Part shown: positions 37,037 through 49,000 of the stretch, in pieces
Position numbering within the stretch: the stretch's first letter is position 1
Layout: each line of letters begins with the position of its first letter
Assembly (NCBI GenBank): GCA_047495785.1
Contig: JBLDXI010000034.1
Coordinates: 682,001-746,000, forward strand
Reading direction: 5' to 3'
DNA length: 64,000 bases
From: Lepidodermella squamata
Taxonomy: Eukaryota; Animalia; Gastrotricha
Program-made: the position numbers and the translations under genes
Notes under the pieces: model-generated
What the model was told of the DNA's origin: nothing
Seen by the model: the letters and a program-made list of their open reading frames with translations, nothing else
The model's database searches: none

Positions 37037-40000
37037 TTAGAGAAAATCGGCCTCGTCATCAACCTGAAAATAGAATAGGTAACGTAAACCGCAAAGATCT
37101 TTCAAGATTTCTACCTCTTGAGAAACATCTGGATGTACTTCTGCTGTCGCCGCAACGGTTGATACCCTTCCAAAGTCAGGTCTTGGCATTTTTGGATACG
37201 TCATCGATGAAATGAGGCTTTGTTCGGCTAGTGCGCCGTCTTGAGCCGGGGCAGGCTCTGCCGTTAAATTTCCTTGTTCGCTATCTGAGAGCTCATTCCC
37301 ATGTTTGCTAGCCTGTCTCAGGTATAATACGGCAGCCCCAGTGGCAATTACGAGTACAATACCACCAAAAACAGCTATTAGAACGATTTCCCAAACTTCC
37401 AGTTGCGCGTTGGTATATTCGACTTTAATCGATCAATTAAAAGTTAAAGCAAATGTAAATATAGCCTGGCTTACCTATTCTCACTGCTTCTTCGACATTG
37501 TGTTCTAGAATGGCTCCATCTTGGCCGAAAGCTGCTTTGAAAGAATCTGTTTCGGAATGCTTAACTCCTGCTGCTGCAACTGATTTCTGTATTGCGTCTT
37601 TGTCTACCGCACCATTATCGCCGATATAGGTCCGTTTCTCGTCAATCGCTGTTGCTTTGTAATAGGCGCGAATTCCGGAATTGCTGTCGTAGAAAATCAA
37701 GGCCAGCAGTGAAGGGACATTGTATTCCCTGAGTGTAATAAAATAAACGTCAATTAATCGAAACTAAGAATGATAGCGCTTACTTGAGCTCGGTTACGGA
37801 GACCTTAACTGGCGTCAGCTCAGCGATAAGCAGAATTTCCTTGATTTGAGATTCGAAAGTTTTGCCGACTTCAACGAATAATTGTGAGGAATTGTCAGCC
37901 ATTTCATCGCTCCATTTATACATTTGATTGCCGACAATTACTTGGCTGGTAGCAAGCTGAGCTGATATCGCTAAAATAACACAGCAACAGTATTAGCCAA
38001 AATTACACTGCGTATAAAGTCACAATGAAATTGATGCAATAGAGACAGTGTGAACGCGAAAAATAATGGCATATAACATATAATACGGTGAAACTCACAT
38101 ATGAGAACCGAATTAGCAAGGGATGTAGTTTGGCCAGGGTCGACTGTTGTCACAGCCGACTTCGTAGTAGTGGCTACGGGTTCCCCAGCGGTAGTGGCTC
38201 CGGTGACCTCCGGTTCTCCAGCAGTGGTCGCCTCAGTTACTTCGGGAACTGCAGTGGTCGCCTCGGTTACTTCGGGAAGTGCAGTGGTCGCCTCAGTTAC
38301 TTCGGGAACTGCAGTGGTCGCCTCAGTTACTTCGGCTTCCCCAGCTGTAGTCGCATCAGTTACTTCGGCTTCCCCAGCTGTAGTCGCATCAGTTACTTCG
38401 GCTTCCCCATCTGTAGTGGCGTCTGTTATCTCAGATTCTCCAGCAGTGGTTGCTTCTGGCTCGGCCACACTTGTCGCTTCAGGCTCGGCAACGGTGGTAG
38501 CTTCTGGAACAGCAAGGGTTGTCGCATCTGGATCGGCAACAGTTGTTGCTTCTGGATCAGCAACGGTTGTCGCTTCTGGCTCGCCAACGGTGGTAGCTTC
38601 TGGCTCGCCCACGGTGGTAGCCTCTGGATCAGCAACGGTTGTCGCTTCTGGTTCGGCAACGGTGGTAGCTTCAGGTTCAGCTACGGTTGTCGCTTCTGGA
38701 TCAGCCACAGTTGTCGTTTCTGGCTCGGCAACCGTGGTAGCTTCAGGTTCAGCTACGGTTGTCGCTTCTGGCTCGCCCACGGTGGTAGCTTCTGGTTCAG
38801 CTACGGTTGTCGCTTCTGGCTCGCCCACGGTGGTAGCTTCAGGTTCAGCTACGGTTGTCGCTTCTGGCTCGCCCACGGTGGTAGCTTCTGGATCGGCAAC
38901 AGTTGTTGCTTCTGGATCAGCAACGGTCGTCGCTTCTGGCTCGCCCACGGTGGTAGATTCTGGATCGGCAACAGTTGTCGCTTCTGGATCAGCAACGGTC
39001 GTCGCTTCTGGCTCGCCCACGGTGGTAGATTCTGGATCGGCAACAGTTGTCGCTTCTGGTTCAGCTACGGTTGTCGTTTCTGGCTCGCCCACGGTGGTAG
39101 CTTCTGGTTCAGCTACGGTTGTCGCTTCTGGCTCGCCCACGGTGGTAGCTTCAGGTTCAGCTACGGTTGTCGCTTCTGGCTCGCCCACGGTGGTAGCTTC
39201 TGGATCGGCCACAGTTGTTGCTTCTGGATCAGCAACGGTCGTCGCTTCTGGCTCGCCCACGGTGGTAGCCTCTGGATCAGCAACGGTCGTCGCTTCTTGC
39301 TCGCCCACGGTGGTAGCCTCTGGATCAGCTACGGTTGTCGCTTCTGGATCAGCCACAGTTGTCGTTTCTGGCTCAGCAACCGTGGTAGCTTCAGGTTCAA
39401 CAACGGTTGTCGCTTCTGGTTCGGCCAGGGTTGTCGCTTCTGGCTCGGCAACCGTGGTAGCTTCTGGATCAGCAACGGTCGTCGCTTCTGGTTCGCCCAC
39501 GGTTGTAGCTTCAGGTTCAGCAACGGTCGTCGCTTCTGGCTCGGCAACCGTGGTAGCTTCTGGATCGGCAACCGTGGTAGCTTCAGGTTCAGCTACGGTT
39601 GTCGCTTCTGGCTCGCCCACGGTGGTAGCTTCAGGTTCAGCAACGGTCGTCGCTTCTGGCTCGCCCACGGTGGTAGATTCTGGATCGGCAACAGTTGTCG
39701 CTTCTGGTTCAGCTACGGTCGTCGCTTCTGGCTCGCCCACGGTGGTAGATTCTGGATCGGCAACAGTTGTCGCTTCTGGATCAGCAACGGTCGTCGCTTC
39801 TGGCTCGCCCACGGTGGTAGATTCTGGATCGGCAACAGTTGTCGCTTCTGGTTCAGCTACGGTTGTCGTTTCTGGCTCGCCCACGGTGGTAGCTTCTGGT
39901 TCAGCTACGGTTGTCGCTTCTGGCTCGTCCACGGTGGTAGCTTCAGGTTCAGCTACGGTTGTCGCTTCTGGCTCGCCCACGGTGGTAGCTTCTGGATCGG

Positions 40001-43000
40001 CCACAGTTGTTGCTTCTGGATCAGCAACGGTCGTCGCTTCTGGCTCGCCCACGGTGGTAGCCTCTGGATCAGCAACGGTCGTCGCTTCTTGCTCGCCCAC
40101 GGTGGTAGCCTCTGGATCAGCTACGGTTGTCGCTTCTGGATCAGCCACAGTTGTCGTTTCTGGCTCAGCAACCGTGGTAGCTTCAGGTTCAACAACGGTT
40201 GTCGCTTCTGGTTCGGCCAGGGTTGTCGCTTCTGGCTCGGCAACCGTGGTAGCTTCTGGATAAGCAACGGTGGTAGCTTCTGGCTCGCCCACGGTGGTAG
40301 CCTCTGGATCAGCAACGGTTGTCGCTTCTGGTTCGGCAACGGTGGTAGCTTCAGGTTCAGCTACGGTTGTCGCTTCTGGATCAGCCACAGTTGTCGTTTC
40401 TGGCTCGGCAACCGTGGTAGCTTCAGGTTCAGCTACGGTTGTCGCTTCTGGCTCGCCCACGGTGGTAGCTTCTGGTTCAGCTACGGTTGTCGCTTCTGGC
40501 TCGCCCACGGTGGTAGCTTCAGGTTCAGCTACGGTTGTCGCTTCTGGCTCGCCCACGGTGGTAGCTTCTGGATCGGCAACAGTTGTTGCTTCTGGATCAG
40601 CAACGGTCGTCGCTTCTGGCTCGCCCACGGTGGTAGATTCTGGATCGGCAACAGTTGTCGCTTCTGGATCAGCAACGGTCGTCGCTTCTGGCTCGCCCAC
40701 GGTGGTAGATTCTGGATCGGCAACAGTTGTCGCTTCTGGTTCAGCTACGGTTGTCGTTTCTGGCTCGCCCACGGTGGTAGCTTCTGGTTCAGCTACGGTT
40801 GTCGCTTCTGGCTCGCCCACGGTGGTAGCTTCAGGTTCAGCTACGGTTGTCGCTTCTGGCTCGCCCACGGTGGTAGCTTCTGGATCGGCCACAGTTGTTG
40901 CTTCTGGATCAGCAACGGTCGTCGCTTCTGGCTCGCCCACGGTGGTAGCCTCTGGATCAGCAACGGTCGTCGCTTCTTGCTCGCCCACGGTGGTAGCCTC
41001 TGGATCAGCTACGGTTGTCGCTTCTGGATCAGCCACAGTTGTCGTTTCTGGCTCAGCAACCGTGGTAGCTTCAGGTTCAACAACGGTTGTCGCTTCTGGT
41101 TCGGCCAGGGTTGTCGCTTCTGGCTCGGCAACCGTGGTAGCTTCTGGATCAGCAACGGTCGTCGCTTCTGGTTCGCCCACGGTTGTAGCTTCAGGTTCAG
41201 CAACGGTCGTCGCTTCTGGCTCGGCAACCGTGGTAGCTTCTGGATCGGCAACCGTGGTAGCTTCAGGTTCAGCTACGGTTGTCGCTTCTGGCTCGCCCAC
41301 GGTGGTAGCTTCAGGTTCAGCAACGGTCGTCGCTTCTGGCTCGCCCACGGTGGTAGATTCTGGATCGGCAACAGTTGTCGCTTCTGGTTCAGCTACGGTC
41401 GTCGCTTCTGGCTCGCCCACGGTGGTAGATTCTGGATCGGCAACAGTTGTCGCTTCTGGATCAGCAACGGTCGTCGCTTCTGGCTCGCCCACGGTGGTAG
41501 ATTCTGGATCGGCAACAGTTGTCGCTTCTGGTTCAGCTACGGTTGTCGTTTCTGGCTCGCCCACGGTGGTAGCTTCTGGTTCAGCTACGGTTGTCGCTTC
41601 TGGCTCGCCCACGGTGGTAGCTTCAGGTTCAGCTACGGTTGTCGCTTCTGGCTCGCCCACGGTGGTAGCTTCTGGATCGGCCACAGTTGTTGCTTCTGGA
41701 TCAGCAACGGTCGTCGCTTCTGGCTCGCCCACGGTGGTAGCCTCTGGATCAGCAACGGTCGTCGCTTCTTGCTCGCCCACGGTGGTAGCCTCTGGATCAG
41801 CTACGGTTGTCGCTTCTGGATCAGCCACAGTTGTCGTTTCTGGCTCAGCAACCGTGGTAGCTTCAGGTTCAACAACGGTTGTCGCTTCTGGTTCGGCCAG
41901 GGTTGTCGCTTCTGGCTCGGCAACCGTGGTAGCTTCTGGATCAGCAACGGTCGTCGCTTCTGGTTCGCCCACGGTTGTAGCTTCAGGTTCAGCAACGGTC
42001 GTCGCTTCTGGCTCGGCAACCGTGGTAGCTTCTGGATCGGCAACCGTGGTAGCTTCAGGTTCAGCTACGGTTGTCGCTTCTGGCTCGCCCACGGTGGTAG
42101 CTTCAGGTTCAGCAACGGTCGTCGCTTCTGGCTCGCCCACGGTGGTAGATTCTGGATCGGCAACAGTTGTCGCTTCTGGTTCAGCTACGGTCGTCGCTTC
42201 TGGCTCGCCCACGGTGGTAGATTCTGGATCGGCAACAGTTGTCGCTTCTGGATCAGCAACGGTCGTCGCTTCTGGCTCGCCCACGGTGGTAGATTCTGGA
42301 TCGGCAACAGTTGTCGCTTCTGGTTCAGCTACGGTTGTCGTTTCTGGCTCGCCCACGGTGGTAGCTTCTGGTTCAGCTACGGTTGTCGCTTCTGGCTCGT
42401 CCACGGTGGTAGCTTCAGGTTCAGCTACGGTTGTCGCTTCTGGCTCGCCCACGGTGGTAGCTTCTGGATCGGCCACAGTTGTTGCTTCTGGATCAGCAAC
42501 GGTCGTCGCTTCTGGCTCGCCCACGGTGGTAGCCTCTGGATCAGCAACGGTCGTCGCTTCTTGCTCGCCCACGGTGGTAGCCTCTGGATCAGCTACGGTT
42601 GTCGCTTCTGGATCAGCCACAGTTGTCGTTTCTGGCTCAGCAACCGTGGTAGCTTCAGGTTCAACAACGGTTGTCGCTTCTGGTTCGGCCAGGGTTGTCG
42701 CTTCTGGCTCGGCAACCGTGGTAGCTTCTGGATAAGCAACGGTCGTCGCTTCTGGTTCGCCCACGGTTGTAGCTTCAGGTTCAGCAACGGTCGTCGCTTC
42801 TGGCTCGGCAACCGTGGTAGCTTCTGGATCGGCAACCGTGGTAGCTTCAGGTTCAGCTACGGTTGTCGCCTCTGGCTCGCCCACGGTGGTAGCTTCAGGT
42901 TCAGCTACGGTTGTCGCTTCTGGCTCACCCACGGTGGTAGCTTCTGGATCGGCAACAGTTGTTGCTTCTGGATCAGCAACGGTTGTCGCTTCTGGATCGG

Positions 43001-46000
43001 CAACCGTGGTAGCCTCTGGATCAGCAACGGTTGTCGCTTCTGGTTCGGCAACGGTGGTAGCTTCAGGTTCAGCTACGGTTGTCGCTTCTGGTTCGGCAAC
43101 GGTGGTAGCTTCAGGTTCAGCTACGGTTGTCGCTTCTGGATCGGCAACGGTGGTAGCTTCAGGTTCAGCTACGGTTGTCGCTTCTGGATCAGCCACAGTT
43201 GTCGTTTCTGGCTCGGCAACCGTGGTAGCTTCAGGTTCAGCTACGGTTGTCGCTTCTGGCTCGCCCACGGTGGTAGCTTCTGGTTCAGCTACGGTTGTCG
43301 CTTCTGGCTCGCCCACGGTGGTAGCTTCAGGTTCAGCTACGGTTGTCGCTTCTGGCTCGCCCACGGTGGTAGCTTCTGGATCGGCAACAGTTGTTGCTTC
43401 TGGATCAGCAACGGTCGTCGCTTCTGGCTCGCCCACGGTGGTAGCCTCTGGATCAGCAACGGTTGTCGCTTCTGGTTCGGCAACGGTGGTAGCTTCAGGT
43501 TCAGCTACGGTTGTCGCTTCTGGTTCGGCAACGGTGGTAGCTTCAGGTTCAGCTACGGTTGTCGCTTCTAGATCGGCAACGGTGGTAGCTTCAGGTTCAG
43601 CTACGGTTGTCGCTTCTGGATCAGCCACAGTTGACGTTTCTGGCTCGGCAACCGTGGTAGCTTCAGGTTCAGCTACGGTTGTCGCTTCTGGCTCGCCCAC
43701 GGTGGTAGCTTCTGGATCGGCAACAGTTGTTGCTTCTGGATCAGCAACGGTCGTCGCTTCTGGCTCGCCCACGGTGGTAGCCTCTGGATCAGCAACGGTT
43801 GTCGCTTCTGGTTCGGCAACGGTGGTAGCTTCAGGTTCAGCTACGGTTGTCGCTTCTGGTTCGGCAACGGTGGTAGCTTCAGGTTCAGCTACGGTTGTCG
43901 CTTCTAGATCGGCAACGGTGGTAGCTTCAGGTTCAGCTACGGTTGTCGCTTCTGGATCAGCCACAGTTGACGTTTCTGGCTCGGCAACCGTGGTAGCTTC
44001 AGGTTCAGCTACGGTTGTCGCTTCTGGCTCGCCCACGGTGGTAGCTTCTGGTTCAGCTACGGTTGTCGCTTCTGGCTCGCCCACGGTGGTAGCTTCTGGA
44101 TCGGCAACAGTTGTTGCTTCTGGATCAGCAACGGTCGTCGCTTCTGGCTCGCCCACGGTGGTAGCCTCTGGATCAGCAACAATTGTTGCTTCTGGATCAG
44201 CAACGGTCGTCGCTTCTGGCTCGCCCACGGTGGTAGCTTCTGGATCGGCAACAGTTGTTGCTTCTGGATCAGCAACGGTCGTCGCTTCTGGCTCGCCCAC
44301 GGTGGTAGCCTCTGGATCAGCAACGGTCGTCGCTTCTGGTTCGGCAACGGTGGTAGCTTCAGGTTCAGCTACGGTCGTCGCTTCTGGTTCGGCAACGGTG
44401 GTAGCTTCAGGTTCAGCTACGGTTGTCGCTTCTGGATCAGCCACAGTTGTCGCTTCTGGCTCGCCCACGGTGGTAGCCTCTGGATCAGCAACGGTCGTCG
44501 CGTCTGGCTCGCCCACGGTGGTAGCCTCTGGATCAGCAACGGTCGTCGCTTCTGGCTCGCCCACGGTGGTAGCCTCTGGATCAGCTACGGTTGTCGCTTC
44601 TGGATCAGCCACAGTTGTCGTTTCTGGCTCGGCAACCGTGGTAGCTTCTGGTTCAGCTACGGTTGTCGCTTCTGGCTCGCCCACGGTGGTAGCTTCAGGT
44701 TCAGCTACGGTTGTCGTTTCTGGCTCGCCCACGGTGGTAGCTTCTGGTTCAGCTACGGTTGTCGCTTCTGGCTCGCCCACGGTGGTAGCTTCAGGTTCAG
44801 CTACGGTTGTCGCTTCTGGCTCGCCCACGGTGGTAGCTTCTGGATCGGCAACAGTTGTTGCTTCTGGATCAGCAACGGTTGTCGTTTCTGGCTCGGCAAC
44901 CGTGGTAGCTTCAGGTTCAGCTACGGTTGTCGCTTCTGGCTCGCCCACGGTGGTAGCTTCTGGTTCAGCTACGGTTGTCGCTTCTGGCTCGCCCACGGTG
45001 GTAGCTTCAGGTTCAGCTACGGTTGTCGCTTCTGGCTCGCCCACGGTGGTAGCTTCTGGATCGGCAACAGTTGTTGCTTCTGGATCAGCAACGGTCGTCG
45101 CTTCTGGCTCGCCCACGGTGGTAGCCTCTGGATCAGCAACGGTTGTCGCTTCTGGTTCGGCAACGGTGGTAGCTTCAGGTTCAGCTACGGTTGTCGCTTC
45201 TGGTTCGGCAACGGTGGTAGCTTCAGGTTCAGCTACGGTTGTCGCTTCTAGATCGGCAACGGTGGTAGCTTCAGGTTCAGCTACGGTTGTCGCTTCTGGA
45301 TCAGCCACAGTTGACGTTTCTGGCTCGGCAACCGTGGTAGCTTCAGGTTCAGCTACGGTTGTCGCTTCTGGCTCGCCCACGGTGGTAGCTTCTGGTTCAG
45401 CTACGGTTGTCGCTTCTGGCTCGCCCACGGTGGTAGCTTCTGGATCGGCAACAGTTGTTGCTTCTGGATCAGCAACGGTCGTCGCTTCTGGCTCGCCCAC
45501 GGTGGTAGCCTCTGGATCAGCAACAATTGTTGCTTCTGGATCAGCAACGGTCGTCGCTTCTGGCTCGCCCACGGTGGTAGCTTCTGGATCGGCAACAGTT
45601 GTTGCTTCTGGATCAGCAACGGTCGTCGCTTCTGGCTCGCCCACGGTGGTAGCCTCTGGATCAGCAACGGTCGTCGCTTCTGGTTCGGCAACGGTGGTAG
45701 CTTCAGGTTCAGCTACGGTTGTCGCTTCTGGATCAGCCACAGTTGTCGCTTCTGGCTCGCCCACGGTGGTAGCCTCTGGATCAGCAACGGTCGTCGCGTC
45801 TGGCTCGCCCACGGTGGTAGCCTCTGGATCAGCAACGGTCGTCGCTTCTGGCTCGCCCACGGTGGTAGCCTCTGGATCAGCTACGGTTGTCGCTTCTGGA
45901 TCAGCCACAGTTGTCGTTTCTGGCTCGGCAACCGTGGTAGCTTCTGGTTCAGCTACGGTTGTCGCTTCTGGCTCGCCCACGGTGGTAGCTTCAGGTTCAG

Positions 46001-49000
46001 CTACGGTTGTCGTTTCTGGCTCGCCCACGGTGGTAGCTTCTGGTTCAGCTACGGTTGTCGCTTCTGGCTCGCCCACGGTGGTAGCTTCAGGTTCAGCTAC
46101 GGTTGTCGCTTCTGGCTCGCCCACGGTGGTAGCTTCTGGATCGGCAACAGTTGTTGCTTCTGGATCAGCAACGGTCGTCGCTTCTGGCTCGCCCACGGTG
46201 GTAGCCTCTGGATCAGCAACGGTTGTCGCTTCTGGCTCGCCCACGGTGGTAGCTTCTGGTTCAGCTACGGTTGTCGCTTCTGGCTCGCCCACGGTGGTAG
46301 CTTCAGGTTCAGCTACGGTTGTCGCTTCTAGATCGGCAACGGTGGTAGCTTCAGGTTCAGCTACGGTTGTCGCTTCTGGATCAGCCACAGTTGACGTTTC
46401 TGGCTCGGCAACCGTGGTAGCTTCAGGTTCAGCTACGGTTGTCGCTTCTGGCTCGCCCACGGTGGTAGCTTCTGGTTCAGCTACGGTTGTCGCTTCTGGC
46501 TCGCCCACGGTGGTAGCTTCTGGATCGGCAACAGTTGTTGCTTCTGGATCAGCAACGGTCGTCGCTTCTGGCTCGCCCACGGTGGTAGCCTCTGGATCAG
46601 CAACAATTGTTGCTTCTGGATCAGCAACGGTCGTCGCTTCTGGCTCGCCCACGGTGGTAGCTTCTGGATCGGCAACAGTTGTTGCTTCTGGATCAGCAAC
46701 GGTCGTCGCTTCTGGCTCGCCCACGGTGGTAGCCTCTGGATCAGCAACGGTCGTCGCTTCTGGTTCGGCAACGGTGGTAGCTTCAGGTTCAGCTACGGTT
46801 GTCGCTTCTGGATCAGCCACAGTTGTCGCTTCTGGCTCGCCCACGGTGGTAGCCTCTGGATCAGCAACGGTTGTCGCTTCTGGTTCGGCAACGGTGGTAG
46901 CTTCAGGTTCAGCTACGGTTGTCGCTTCTAGATCGGCAACGGTGGTAGCTTCAGGTTCAGCTACGGTTGTCGCTTCTGGATCAGCCACAGTTGACGTTTC
47001 TGGCTCGGCAACCGTGGTAGCTTCAGGTTCAGCTACGGTTGTCGCTTCTGGCTCGCCCACGGTGGTAGCTTCTGGTTCAGCTACGGTTGTCGCTTCTGGC
47101 TCGCCCACGGTGGTAGCTTCTGGATCGGCAACAGTTGTTGCTTCTGGATCAGCAACGGTCGTCGCTTCTGGCTCGCCCACGGTGGTAGCCTCTGGATCAG
47201 CAACAATTGTTGCTTCTGGATCAGCAACGGTCGTCGCTTCTGGCTCGCCCACGGTGGTAGCTTCTGGATCGGCAACAGTTGTTGCTTCTGGATCAGCAAC
47301 GGTCGTCGCTTCTGGCTCGCCCACGGTGGTAGCCTCTGGATCAGCAACGGTCGTCGCTTCTGGTTCGGCAACGGTGGTAGCTTCAGGTTCAGCTACGGTT
47401 GTCGCTTCTGGATCAGCCACAGTTGTCGCTTCTGGCTCGCCCACGGTGGTAGCCTCTGGATCAGCAACGGTCGTCGCGTCTGGCTCGCCCACGGTGGTAG
47501 CCTCTGGATCAGCAACGGTCGTCGCTTCTGGCTCGCCCACGGTGGTAGCCTCTGGATCAGCTACGGTTGTCGCTTCTGGATCAGCCACAGTTGTCGTTTC
47601 TGGCTCGGCAACCGTGGTAGCTTCTGGTTCAGCTACGGTTGTCGCTTCTGGCTCGCCCACGGTGGTAGCTTCAGGTTCAGCTACGGTTGTCGTTTCTGGC
47701 TCGCCCACGGTGGTAGCTTCTGGTTCAGCTACGGTTGTCGCTTCTGGCTCGCCCACGGTGGTAGCTTCAGGTTCAGCTACGGTTGTCGCTTCTGGCTCGC
47801 CCACGGTGGTAGCTTCTGGATCGGCAACAGTTGTTGCTTCTGGATCAGCAACGGTCGTCGCTTCTGGCTCGCCCACGGTGGTAGCCTCTGGATCAGCAAC
47901 GGTCGTCGCTTCTGGCTCGCCCACGGTGGTAGCCTCTGGATCAGCAACGGTTGTCGCTTCTGGTTCGGCAACGGTGGTAGCTTCAGGTTCAGCTACGGTT
48001 GTCGCTTCTAGATCGGCAACGGTGGTAGCTTCAGGTTCAGCTACGGTTGTCGCTTCTGGATCAGCCACAGTTGACGTTTCTGGCTCGGCAACCGTGGTAG
48101 CTTCAGGTTCAGCTACGGTTGTCGCTTCTGGCTCGCCCACGGTGGTAGCTTCTGGTTCAGCTACGGTTGTCGCTTCTGGCTCGCCCACGGTGGTAGCTTC
48201 TGGATCGGCAACAGTTGTTGCTTCTGGATCAGCAACGGTCGTCGCTTCTGGCTCGCCCACGGTGGTAGCCTCTGGATCAGCAACAATTGTTGCTTCTGGA
48301 TCAGCAACGGTCGTCGCTTCTGGCTCGCCCACGGTGGTAGCTTCTGGATCGGCAACAGTTGTTGCTTCTGGATCAGCAACGGTCGTCGCTTCTGGCTCGC
48401 CCACGGTGGTAGCCTCTGGATCAGCAACGGTCGTCGCTTCTGGTTCGGCAACGGTGGTAGCTTCAGGTTCAGCTACGGTTGTCGCTTCTGGATCAGCCAC
48501 AGTTGTCGCTTCTGGCTCGCCCACGGTGGTAGCCTCTGGATCAGCAACGGTCGTCGCGTCTGGCTCGCCCACGGTGGTAGCCTCTGGATCAGCAACGGTC
48601 GTCGCTTCTGGCTCGCCCACGGTGGTAGCCTCTGGATCAGCTACGGTTGTCGCTTCTGGATCAGCCACAGTTGTCGTTTCTGGCTCGGCAACCGTGGTAG
48701 CTTCTGGTTCAGCTACGGTTGTCGCTTCTGGCTCGCCCACGGTGGTAGCTTCAGGTTCAGCTACGGTTGTCGTTTCTGGCTCGCCCACGGTGGTAGCTTC
48801 TGGTTCAGCTACGGTTGTCGCTTCTGGCTCGCCCACGGTGGTAGCTTCAGGTTCAGCTACGGTTGTCGCTTCTGGCTCGCCCACGGTGGTAGCTTCTGGA
48901 TCGGCAACAGTTGTTGCTTCTGGATCAGCAACGGTCGTCGCTTCTGGCTCGCCCACGGTGGTAGCCTCTGGATCAGCAACGGTTGTCGCTTCTGGCTCGC

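Noticed and set aside
37660-37690. SEA autoproteolysis site in the mucins
   Set aside because: The equivalent positions read SGIRA, EGIKA and SGINA, lacking the G|S[V/I]VV nucleophile, so cleavage cannot be claimed.
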